Assembly: GCA_049999805.1 (NCBI GenBank)
Contig: JBNGIO010006150.1
Coordinates: 1-64,000, forward strand
Source of the DNA: Folioceros fuciformis
Taxonomy: Eukaryota
Direction of reading: 5' to 3'
Length of the DNA: 64,000 nucleotides
Under the pieces are notes generated by a model that ran no database searches, had not been told where the DNA came from, and saw only the letters and a list, made by a program, of their open reading frames with translations. This document shows positions 50,451-64,000 of the stretch, piece after piece (the first letter of the stretch is position 1; the number at the start of each line of letters is the position of its first letter). The position numbers were made by a program, and so were the translations under genes.

Positions 50451-50581
50451 CGGCAACAGCGGTCATTTCCTGAACTGCCAACTGCGAATGCCGTTCCGCC
50501 ATGTGCACCTGATGAGATGGTGACCTTGTTCTACATAATGAGTACCCTATCAACATCCAAATCTTGAGTACCTACACACCC

Positions 50582-52829
<2,248 letters not shown>

Positions 52830-53460
52830 ACCAATGACACCTAGCTTTTATCAGCTGATTGCCTGTGTGATCAAAGAAGCCGTGACACGTGCGGATTCGT
52901 GAGGAATTTTCTTCTGAAAGAATCCAAAGTTCAGGATCCAAGCATGGCTCTCGCACGGCTCCAAAGATCAAACAACCATCCTAGAAGAGCAAGATTGCTG
53001 AAACATTGTCGCAAGGGAAAAAAATAATTCAACGGCCGCCACGTTGAGAGCAGCAGGCAGATCTGGCTGCTAACCTGAGCTCCGAACAACAAATTAAGGT
53101 CCGGTCCGAGGGGGGAAGACCACTGGGTTAAGCTGCGCCAGAACATGCGAATCTGGGAAAGGAGACGCGTATGTCCATTCATCCAGCTCCCAAATTATCT
53201 GGGCCAGCTGCGGATTGTCGCCTTCTTCATGAATCAAACATTACCAGTTTTTCAAACGTGCTCGCTCTGGCGGACGTGCTTTCCACGGAACTACTGGTGC
53301 AGCCAAGCATTGCCCGTTGGCCAACAGGAATCAATGGAGAGAACATAACCGACGAAACTAACTTTCGAGCTTTCGGTTAATTTCCTGTCAGAGAAAGGAT
53401 GTGAGAGTTTCAGAAGGTTTAGAAGTCCACTTAGCACTATTAACAAGTATGGGAATTGTC

Positions 53461-55598
53461 CTACAACTTTTGAGATGGCTTGATTAGCTTTAACAAGGTC
53501 TCAGCAGCTGCCAGGCCACTCAGAATTGCGCTTTCAACTCTTGGACCAACACAGAAATCTCCACATACAACAAGGCGTTTTCCTTCTTCCATGATGCATT
53601 TTTCACGTGGCGAAATCGCTGATAGAGGAAATGCACTGCCCCTGCATGAGACGGAAAGGGAAATGAGGTACTGATCTGTCAGGCTACTTGGGGATGGGAG
53701 ATGTCTCATGTGATGATATCAACGCACCAGCGGTGAGCTTTGATGAAAAAGGGGGCTGGCACATCTGGGATGGCTGCTTGGAATTCCTTGAAGAGATCAG
53801 TCGCTACGTTCGAGAGAAGTTCCTCTGACGGCTTGCTGAAACCTGCATACCTTATGACTGCCTCGGCGTATTCTGCTGTAGAATGCAGAACCCAGCACTC
53901 TCTGTAAAGGAGTCCAGAGCAACAAGCTATTACGGTGGTGGGTCAGGGTCACGGAAGACGAGTAATACGTGAACACGACGGGAGAACTTGCCTGTGATCA
54001 TTTGGTCGACCAGGCTTGCTGCTATCACGTGATGCCCATGATAGCACATTCGAACCTAGCACAGAAAATCCATCGAGAGGAATCTGCATGTTGCAGCAGG
54101 ATTGGTGTTATGTGTCGCTACCCAAACACGGGAACGAAAGCACGACAGAGAAGCAAGCTCATCAACACATAACAATCCGAGAATCCGCTACCAAAACAAG
54201 GTAACGATCCAGTTTCTCACCGACTGAAGACCAGTGCTGAAAGCAAGCATTACTGCAAAACAGGGGGCAGATTGTACCGAGCCCACAGTCTTGCTTACAG
54301 TCTCCACACCAGCTGCCTCTGCAGGGCAACCAGACGTTACTTCAGCCTCTCGGATGTACGTGGAAAGACAATTGCAGCTTCCTTAAGGGACAATCACCTT
54401 CCGCCTGCCTATGCTCCTCACAATTGGCACATACCAAGAGGTGGGGGAAGTCCAGTCAGAGCGGTGAACCGTTGTGAAGCTAAACCTTTGTCTGCAACAA
54501 CCACGCCTCTAAATGTTCCAAGCGGTTTCGAATCTTTGGACGAAAGTGCCCAATAACCTCCTCCATCCTCTGTCCAGCTCAGTGAAGTTACCTGAACACC
54601 ATAAAGCGCTTGTACACCTGGCAAATCGCAACAAAAATTTTAGGCTCCGCAAATCCCATACCACGAAAAACCCCAGCCCCTCTTCATACAAAGGAAGAGT
54701 CTGTCAGCTACGAACCGGCCTGCTGCGACATTGCTTTGCAGATGGAGTTCATCCCCGGCACTCCCACATATCTCTTCCTGCCTTCGTCCTGTTATTAACT
54801 CCGCTAATCATTCTGCTAGTGGCGAAAACTCAAGCTGTACTAGCACATGGGTCATCACACTCAAACAATCCCTTGAAACACGCTCCAAATGGATGGCGGG
54901 AACAAACAGGGGATGCCAATGCCAAGAGACTGATCCAGCACCGAGCAACCCAAGGACGCAGCTGTCACTCACAGTTTCCGCTGTGAATCGGCCAGTGCCA
55001 AATTCCAGACTCCCAAACTTGCCTTCCCATTCCGCAGCTATGCCTGCAGCCTTCCATTTATCTAACAGCCCTTGCACAGCTGGGTCCTTCAAGGTGAAAT
55101 ACTGAGCACCATGGTCGAAAAGAAGCTGGGAGCCATCCGGCGTCCTCTCTCTGGTCATGCCCACAACGCCATTTCACCGTCAGGTCGGGTATCAACTACC
55201 CTTAGCGTCATACCTAAGCCAATCCTGGGTTTTGTTGGTGCATACCGGCGCTGCGACATGCGACCCCCTGGCCCCCGACCCGTCTCGAAGACCGTCACTC
55301 TCGCTCCCCTTTCAGCCAAAGATGACGCACAAGCCAGACCAGCCACTGCATAACAATCGCATTCAGCACCCAAGTGCATCCACCATCCAACTATTTTTTC
55401 CCCTTCCTCCGCTCAGATCGGATCAAATAGGATGTAACCAAGCTCACCTCCTGCTCCGATCACCGCCACGCTGGGCTCCTCTACAACAGAAGCCATCGCG
55501 CTGGAAGAACAGGATCGGGGACTGCGGAGCGTGAAGTCTGAGGCAGCCTTGTGGGCAAGAAAGGAACGCAGCAAGAGAGCACGAGGTAGCACGAGCAT
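53461..55598 (-). CDS. Renalase-like FAD/NAD(P)-dependent oxidoreductase, multi-exon
   Basis: VAVIGAG, GRGPGGRMSQRR, FDHGAQYF, HRWGSAFP, CGDFC..RVESAILSG. Confidence 0.9.
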
Positions 55599-55745
55599 AC
55601 TGCGTTTGTCGCTCGCTTCTCTGCCCGCTCGAAGGAGCTAGGCACGTGAGACGATGTCTGTGCTCCCTGCTTATTCTTTGCAAAGTCCCGGCTAGGTAAT
55701 GCACTTCTTCATGCGGTCGACACGGATTGAGCAGGGAGGAAGAAG

Positions 55746-56176
55746 ATGGCAGGGAGCAAGGAGGTGACGTCGGCGTTCAGAGCTCTGCTGCGGACTCGAA
55801 GGCAATGCTTCCAAGGGGACCACGACATGCTGGCAGCCTCCGCTAAGCAGATCCGAGACGAATTCGAGAGCCACCGCCAGGCTTCAGAGCCGTCGGAGAT
55901 CGAAGGCCTCCTGCTGAAGGCTCGCGAGGCCGTGGAGTTCATGAACCTCAACATTGTCCAAGCCAAGCTCAACGACCGAGGCAACTACGGTGTGATCCCC
56001 TGACCCTACCTACCCTGCATGGCCGCATTGTGTTATTGAGCTTGTTCAGCTCAGAACAAAGCGCTCACGGAACAGAAAATGAAATGCTGCTGGCAGAGAT
56101 GAAGCTGAAACCGGAGCACATGGGAGCTGAACTTGCAGCAGCGGCAGAGGCCACCACCACAACCTCATCAAAGTGA
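55746..56176 (+). CDS. LYR-motif protein, complex III assembly factor MZM1/LYRM7-like (2 exons)
   Basis: AFRALLRTRRQCFQGD..IRDEF, NIVQAKLNDRGNY-EMKL. Confidence 0.82.
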
Positions 56177-56680
56177 TCTATCCTCCGCAACGATGCAAAC
56201 GCGCTGTCTGCGCTGGTTAGGAAGAGACAAGATCGGATATGCGGACTTCCTCCTTGGAATTTTCAAGTGAAACATGTTTTTCCTTGTCACCCTACCTTGT
56301 GGGACGTTAACCAGCACCAATCCAACTTCCAATTGCTTCTTTCCTGCGTTTCGGATCCCTCGATCATAGGTCTCGAATTAGGTTGAAAGTTCGGCCTTCG
56401 AGCAATGTGGCAAGTAAAATTTGCTCGAGGTGTGCGTGCTGCTTGCTTTGTTGGAGATAAAGCTTCAATTACTGCAAGCTCGCATCTCTGCAGACACGTC
56501 CCATCGTTTCAGGTAAGGAGTGGTAGAAGCCAAGCTTGAGAAAACGGTGCCATCCACAGGCGGGTGATGTTTAAACAAGAAGCTGATGGGATGGATGGAT
56601 TGCGTGTTCCTTCTCAATTCGTGGTCCGATTTGAAAGCAAGCCCTAGAAAACCCCTAGCTTGCAAGTTGAGAGAAAATGG

Positions 56681-59600
56681 ATGGCGATGGCGAGCGTGGG
56701 TCTCCTCTTCCACCACGCCCGACCTCGGTACTCTCCTATTATATCCCCTCCTGCACCTTCTTCAATCTCCTCCCCACGCCCATGCGTCCTGGGCCTATCG
56801 ACTGCGGGGTGTCCTAATTCGAGTTCCGGATCGCAGCTGCTGTCTGTGCTTGCACGCGCACGCGCCCGGTGCCGCTCCTGGTGTGCTTCCACCATGGGGG
56901 TGGAGAATTTGCATACGGAGGTGGTGGCTGCGACCCCTGCGACCGTGATCAAGGCTCCCTCTGATGAGCGGGAGTACGAGGTGCTGAGCTTGCGGAACGG
57001 TATTGTGGCGCTGCTGATCCACGATCCCCATATCAAGGTTGCAAACGTCAATGGCGAGGAGCGGAAAAGCGGGAAGCGGCATCTAGTTGATGAGGATGAG
57101 GAGGATGGGGATGAGGATGAGGACAAGTATGTGGTCGGGGAGGACGGGGATCTGGAGGATGACGATGGGGATTCATGGGTGACTGACGATGGAGATTCAC
57201 AGGAGCATGGGCACGTGCACGAAGAGCATTGTACACACGAATTGCACGGACGCTGTGACGAAATGGAGTACTGCGACATGGGGAGTGAGGAGGGGGAGGA
57301 GGAGAGTGATGAAGAAAACGGGCCCCGCCGGGCTGGGAGCCTGGCTCCGACGAAGAAGGTTGGTGCTTCTCTGCTCGGAATCAGGCAAATGCAGTGTTGC
57401 GGGAACGATAATTGGTGTGCAAAGTCTAAGCGTACATCTGGATGTGGAGGATTGTGGGGGATTGGAAGTCTTTAGTGGGTTTAAACCCTAAACCCTCCTC
57501 GTGGTGCATGGTAAGTTTCTGCTGACTGGGATTTCACATGCAGGCAGCTGCAGCAATGTGTGTGGGTGTGGGGAGCTTTTCGGATCCTGCTGATGCTCAA
57601 GGGCTTGCGCATTTCCTTGGTGAGGATTCTGCCCTCTGACGTGAGGGGATGCTGCATCAGTTTGCTGGTTTCTGAGTGGGCGCCACGGTTTTTTGACCCA
57701 ATTTCTCCATCTGTGGTCTGGGATTCTGCAGAGCACATGCTGTTCATGGGCAGCGAAAAGTTTCCTGATGAAAATGAGGTGCGGGACTGACTTGTGGTGG
57801 ATGCAAAGCCTTGAGTATTTCTGGCAAATTCTGGTGCAGGCCTGACGTTGGCTAACATGGAACTTGTTTTTGATGCCCTGCACGGTTGGCAGATCTGACC
57901 GACAACTTTACTGGCCTGGTCCTGCAGTATGACACGTTCTTGTCACAACACGGGGGTGGGTCAAACGCTTACACTGACGCAGAGTTCACATGCTACCACT
58001 TTGATGTCAGGCACAACTACTTGAAACCTGCCCTTGACAGGTACAATTTCTTTCCGGAAACGACCCAAGAAGCTGGTCTACACTACTGTTCCGTACGCTC
58101 GTGGTCTGATTCCTTTTGTGTGATCGGAGTTCTTGGTCCCCTGCTTGAACAGGTTTTCACAATTCTTTATCGCACCCTTGGTCAAGGCTGATGCTATGGA
58201 ACGTGAAGTTCAGGCAGTTGAGTCAGGTATGCTGTCAATATCTCGTTGGGTGACTAGTTTCAAACCCAGAATCACCATTATCCTACATAGTTTTCATCTT
58301 GCGAGTAATTGATTAGCGGCAGGAACTTTCATTTTTCCCAGCCATTGCATTCGCAGAGGCAAAATCGAAGATTTCAGGAGGTCGTTGACGTGGGAGAATG
58401 CTGCTTGTGACAGAATTCAATCAAGTTCTACAAAGTGACAGCGCGCGCCTCTTGCAGCTCCAGTGTCACACAGCCGATCCTTCCCACCCGTTTCACAGTT
58501 TCTCTTGGGGTATGGATGGCTCATGGCTCCGAATTGTCAGGCTGGCCACCATCGCCACTGCTTTTCTTGATGAAAGTTTTGTCTGCAGTGTCTTCTGTGG
58601 AGGAAGTGCGTTCTGACTATGATTGTCGCAGGTAACCGCAAAAGTTTGAGTGACCCTGTGTCCAAGGGAGTGGACATGAGAAAGAAGTTGTTGGATCTGT
58701 ATAACCAGCACTATCTTGGTGGCCGTATGAAACTGACCGTTCTTGGTGGAGGTGGGTGGTAAGCTCGAAGTAGCTGCAGTACATTTTTGGTTGCCGCTGT
58801 CAATACCTATAATTGTGATGGACGGGAGTTTTATTGTGAATAGAGCCATTGGCAACACTGAAGAGCTGGGTACTGGAGCTCTTTGACAAAGTGCGTGATG
58901 GAGGTGATCAGCGGTTGCAATTTAGCTGGGAAGGGCCTATATGGGAATCTGGAAGAATCTACCGAGTAGAATCTGTCAAAGAGCAGCACTTGCTGTCTTT
59001 GATTTGGCCTTTGCCCTGTCTTGCTCACGCATATCTGAAAAAGCCTCAAGACTACATTTCTCACCTTGTTGGACATGGTATGAACGTGGATGAACCTAGC
59101 TCTCCGTGGAGCCTACCTTTTCAGCAGTGTGTGTTTTACAATGTACTTACTCTCCTTCCTGAACAGAAGGAGCTGGAAGCTTGTTGTCACTCTTGAAATT
59201 GAAGGGTTGGGCCATAGGGCTATCGGCTGGGGTCGGAGAAGGTGGTCATGAACGCAGCTCCGTGGGCTACATGTTTAACGTTAATATTCACCTTACAGAT
59301 TCAGGCATAGTAAAGGTTAGGAGCTGTGGTGATTTCTCCTTCGCAGATAGTTGTATGTTCTAGTTCTTGTGTTCCTTGTAAGCCGTAAGCTTCCTGCCCC
59401 AATACTATAATTGTGTTCTCTTTGTAGGTCCACGATGTTATTGGACTAGTATTTCAGTACCTTAAGATGTTGCGGGAAGTTAAACCTCAAGAATGGGTTT
59501 TTCAAGAACTGCAAGCAATGGCTAGGATGGAGTTCAAATTTGCAGAAGAGGAGTCTGCAGACAATTACACAGTGCGCTTAGCAAGTACACATTGAATCCC

Positions 59601-62330
59601 ATTGACCGACCTTGCCGATTATGAAGTTGAGTTCCTGTTTGTTGTGTTCATCAACGCCATGGATGTGATCTTGTTTCATTCTGCAGCAAACATGACTTAC
59701 TACTCAAAAGAACACATCATCTATGGTGATTATGCTTTTGAGGAGTGGGATGCTGGACTGGTGGAAGAGCTGTTGGCAAGTATGACTCCATTGAGTATGA
59801 GGGTGGATCTGTTGACAAAGCCTTTTGATAGGAACGCTCCAGGTAACTGTGCTTGGCTTGTCATTGTTTCTTGTAAGCCTGCTATCAAAAGCCAAGCTCT
59901 GTGAATTCCCTCTGAGTTCTTAGCGGCTCTTGTAATTATCATAGAAGTGCTTGGGTATTGTTTCTTTGAACTATAACTGAGAAGCCTGTTCACTTGTTGC
60001 TGACAGTCTTGTGTTATGTTAGTGACGTCAGGTGTGCTGTATGAACCGTGGTTCGAAGTCCCTTACACTGTGGAGATCATCTCTGCGGACTTGTTGACAG
60101 CTTGGGCTGATCCTCCTCATGTGGATGGAGCATTGCGTATGCCAGAGGTCAATGAGTTTATACCCCGGGACTTCAGTTTGAGATGTGGGGACAATGCAAA
60201 TTCTGAGGTTTCAGATGTGCCAAAGGTCATTGTGGATGAGTCTTGCCTCAAGTTATGGTACAAGTTGGACACTATCTTTAAGACTCCCCGTTCAAACACA
60301 TACTTTTCAGTGACAACCAAGGTCGCTTCAGAAAATGTACGGGCTTCGGTGTTGACAGATTTATACTTGAAAACCCTGGAAGATGACTTGAATGAAACGA
60401 TTTATCTGGTATGTCTTTTCCGCATCTTAGAGTGGGTGAAAGCGTTGTACCTTGCATGTGAACAGTTTCAGTTTGCGAGTGATTTATCTGAATGCATTCT
60501 GGACTGTCTTTTCTTCAGGCCAATGTTGCAAAGCTGGAATCATCTGTTTCAGCAGTTGGTGACAAGTTGGAGATCAAACTGTACGGGTTCAATGAAAAGC
60601 TACCCGTGTTGGCAAGGAAGATTGGCGAGAGGATCAGCTCACTGTCTCCTAAAGCTGATCGCTTTCAGGTTTTGTTTATTATCCTCTCCCGTAGGATGTC
60701 TATTCAGACCAGCTGAGAAAGGGGGGTGAGCAGAATTGTTATGGGAGCCAATTGTTAGCTGCTGTTGATGCCATGGCTGGGATTGAAAACAGATAGCAAA
60801 GGAGGAGTTGGAGAAAGTATACCGCAATGCAAACATGAAGCCCTTGAAGCACTCTAGTTATTTGCGCCTAAAGGTGTTGAAAGAGAGGTTTTGGTGCGTT
60901 GAGGACAAGCTCGAAGTCCTCCTGACTTTAGGTCTTGCTGACCTGGCTGCTTTTATTCCTCGCCTTTTCGAACAGGTAGTTGCTCTCGTGCTTGTGTCTC
61001 TCTCTTTCATCATTCAAAGCCATTTTGCAGGAAAGTGGTGGCAACCTCTGCAGATGCCCGTATACCCTAACTGATTGGTTCCTATTTACTGCAGACTTAC
61101 ATTGAAGGGCTTTGTCATGGTAATCTATCCAGAGATGAGGCTGTCAGTATTGCTAACACTTTTAAAACGTACTTGGGTGCGCAAGTACTTCCAGAGGAGT
61201 CTAGATATTCTGATACAATTGTCAAACTACCTCTTGGCTCTTCATTTATTCACTCAACAAAGGTGAAGAATGAATCAGAGGAAAACTCGGTTGTTGAGGT
61301 ATGGCCAGTAATTGTTTGGCCACCATTCAGCTTCCAGGATTTGGGTTCTTTTATATTGCTCCGTATCTTGCAGGTGTACTATCAAGCTGACCAAGATCTG
61401 GGTGAGAAGTCAATACGATCACGAGCTCTGGTTGAACTATTTGAGCAACTTGCTTTTGAACCATGTTTCAATCAGTTGAGGTAATTACGATTTGGACTTT
61501 CAAACTGGCAAGATCTCCCCTTGTTCTGAGCCCAAACGACAGTCTGGCTGACAAATTGCTAGTTCTGCAGGACCAAGGAGCAGCTTGGATACAGTGTGGA
61601 TTGTGGAGTACGGGTAACATACCGTGTCCATGGCTTTTGCTTCCGTGTGCAGTCAGCAAAGTATGACCCTGCGTTTCTCCAAAGAAGAGTTGATGCTTTT
61701 ACTGCTGACTTGAAGCGGATTCTGGTACGCAGTTTTTGTTCTTTTCTCATGTTTTCCTCAGGAGTACTTGACCTGATCCTCCCTTGATTGCAATTGCACT
61801 ACGTGGAACCTACAAGGCAAGTTTCTGGTATGCAGGATGAAATGGAAGATGATGAGTTCCGTAAATACAGGGAGTCGCTTATTGCCGTGAAACTAGAGAA
61901 AGACCATTCTTTGGTGAATGAAACGGAGCGGCATTGGGAGCAAATATGGGATCAGAGGTATGGCTGTAGCAAATGAATCCACTGTAGTCCCTTCAGCAAA
62001 TGAAATTCCTCCACTAGGTAACCTTGCTTCTCGTTCGCACGTGAACACGTGGGTTTTTGACTGTCATGCTGGTTTTCCCTCAGGTACATATTCGAGTCAA
62101 GGAAGTTGCTGGCCTCCGATGTGGAAAACATTACGAAGTCTGACATCATTGATTGGTACAACAAATTTTTGGCAGTAGGCTCACCCTTGCGCAGAAAGCT
62201 CATGGTGCACGTATGGGGCTGCAATACTAAACCAGACTCCATTACGGACACGGGAAGCGATAGCTCGGTGTCCATTGAAGACATCGCTGCTTTCAAGAGG
62301 AGCAGCGAATTTTTTGGCCCTGTAAGCTAG
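56681..62330 (+). CDS. Nardilysin-like M16A metallopeptidase, many exons
   Basis: LRNGIVALLIHD, acidic insert, GLAHFL-EHMLFMGS (HxxEH), GGGSNAYT, FNQLR-TKEQLGY. Confidence 0.94.
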
Positions 62331-62576
62331 GATTCTTGACTGTCGCCTTATGTTCAGGCACTATTGATTGTGGCCACCTATGTGGCTGTATGTGTCGTTG
62401 AAACAATCAAGTTTCCCCCAACACCCAATGAGCGGGGTGTTGTGGGGCAGAGCTGGGACAGAGCATACACGCAGTTAGATGCAATCGCAGGACTTCCAAG
62501 TGCGACGTAACGATTTTCAAGTACTGATAACTGTTGGCCGTCAGGACCGTCCTCTCACAGTTCCCAAGCTGCATCA

Positions 62577-62856
62577 TAAGACAACGATTTGGAGTAGGTT
62601 ACGGACAACGATCTGGAGTCGGTTAAGGACAACGATTTGGAGTCGGTTAAGGACGTCGAGTGGGACCGTCAAGGATGACGATTTGAGTGTGTTAAGGACA
62701 ACGATTTGGTGTGTGTTAAGGACAACGATTTGGAGTGTGTTAAGGACAACGATTTGCATTGGGTTAAGGGCAAAGATTTGGAGTGGGTTAAGGGCAAAGA
62801 TTTGGAGTTGGTTAAGGGCAACGATTTGGAGTGGGTTAAGAGTAACGATTTGCAGT
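62577..62856. repeat. 24-bp minisatellite (aaggacaacgatttggagtgggtt), ~11 copies
   Basis: Seen directly. Confidence 0.93.
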
Positions 62857-62999
62857 CTGTATCTCCCTCCTTCGAACGATGATTGGAAGGAGTCCACCAA
62901 TTAATTTTTTATATTTAATATTCCTAAAATTCGGTGAGACAAACCACCCAATGACGTGAGGTGAGACAGTGGGATTGGCACAAAGTGGCAAGCAAGACA

Positions 63000-63165
63000 C
63001 TCTAGGGCTAGCCCCTGAAGCCACATAACCTAGGGGACACTAGCCTAGCCCTAAGCTGTAAAACCTAGGGGCTAGGGTTCTAAAGCCAAGCTTCATAACC
63101 TCCCCTATGGATGGATCATGAGGTCAAGCTTCAGAACTTACACTAGGGATAGCCCCTAAAGCTGT
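63000..63165. repeat. Clustered ctagggg/ccctag short repeats, possible TE subterminal region
   Basis: Several ctaggg(g)ctagccc-like motifs; no superfamily assigned. Confidence 0.45.
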
Positions 63166-64000
63166 AGAATCCACACACTCAAAGAAAAGCTGTATGTAGG
63201 AGGAGCGTCTCGATCTCAAACTAAAATGCAAAAGAAGATGGCTTATTGGCACAAGACTTTGAATCAAATACCACAACACAAGAGCAAGAGGCACCTACAA
63301 GACAAACAACACAGGCCTCCTGTCGGTACAGTACCCAAAGTTGTGAAGAGTGTCTCTTCACACCTACTCTCTCACTGACATCCATTAGATCAACCTACAT
63401 TCAGGCCCAAATGCTATAGAAAAGTAGTTGTTAGAAAATTCCAAGCAATGTTGACATGTCCAGGTACACAAAACCCTTCATTGAAAGTGCCAAGGTCTAC
63501 CATGAGCCGACAACACATTCACAATACCTTTCCAAGAGCAATTCGTGTACCTAGCTGTTGCTGTTGATAGCAAATTCAAAGAAACACAACAACACCTTGC
63601 ATAAAAGCCCATGATAAGTTTCTACAGTTGAAGCAAGGCTTGACACAATACACCTAAAAACTATAAGAGTTGTGCCTCGTTTCACTTGCAAGCATCTTGG
63701 CATTGAATACTTCATACTCGGTCTATGAGTCAGAAAAGGATTGAGACACTTTCTTATCCCTTCTTTTCCATAAAGAAAGTCCCTCCTCCTCTAAGTGAAT
63801 TATGATTTTATTAAAAAATATAAATATATTATAAACATACGCAAAAGACCAGCAGTGTATTATGGGATTTGGCACCTCATCACCATAACCTTCTTTGTAA
63901 TGTGTCTGAAATTCCAAGTTTAATAAATCAAAACAAGATCAAAAGTTATTATAAGTATAAGTTGCATAAATGGAATATTAACTAAGTGTTCCTATCAAGG

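Noticed and set aside
63300..63920. Possible degenerate transposase on the minus strand
   Set aside because: Too decayed to assign by eye; needs BLASTX.

Overview
Eukaryotic, gene-dense plant nuclear DNA with short (~80-280 nt) spliceosomal introns. The compact architecture suggests a seed-free land plant such as a hornwort or lycophyte (inference only). Two TE-rich islands (~1-8.4 kb and ~25-32 kb) and a repeat-rich right end interrupt a run of about 15 protein genes: BAT1-like amino-acid permease, F-box, OTU deubiquitinase, GDSL lipase-like, alpha-SNAP, inositol kinase, V-ATPase a, RPB2, AIM24-like, PqaA-like, CRAL-TRIO, katanin-like AAA, renalase-like, LYRM7-like and nardilysin-like. Most notable observations: (1) an atypical P-loop GTPase with a spliced-on Gly/Ala-rich hydrophobic tail, intact between decayed retrotransposons; (2) a secreted PqaA/AprA-family hydrolase with a decayed duplicate last exon and a perfect 3' palindrome; (3) intron-free coding sequences for RPB2 and alpha-SNAP among intron-rich neighbours; (4) a GDSL protein lacking its catalytic Ser; (5) a decayed CRE-like non-LTR retrotransposon with a restriction-like endonuclease, in a hAT/CACTA nest. 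All family calls come from motif recognition by eye; no database search was run. Multi-exon CDS coordinates are first-to-last codon spans.
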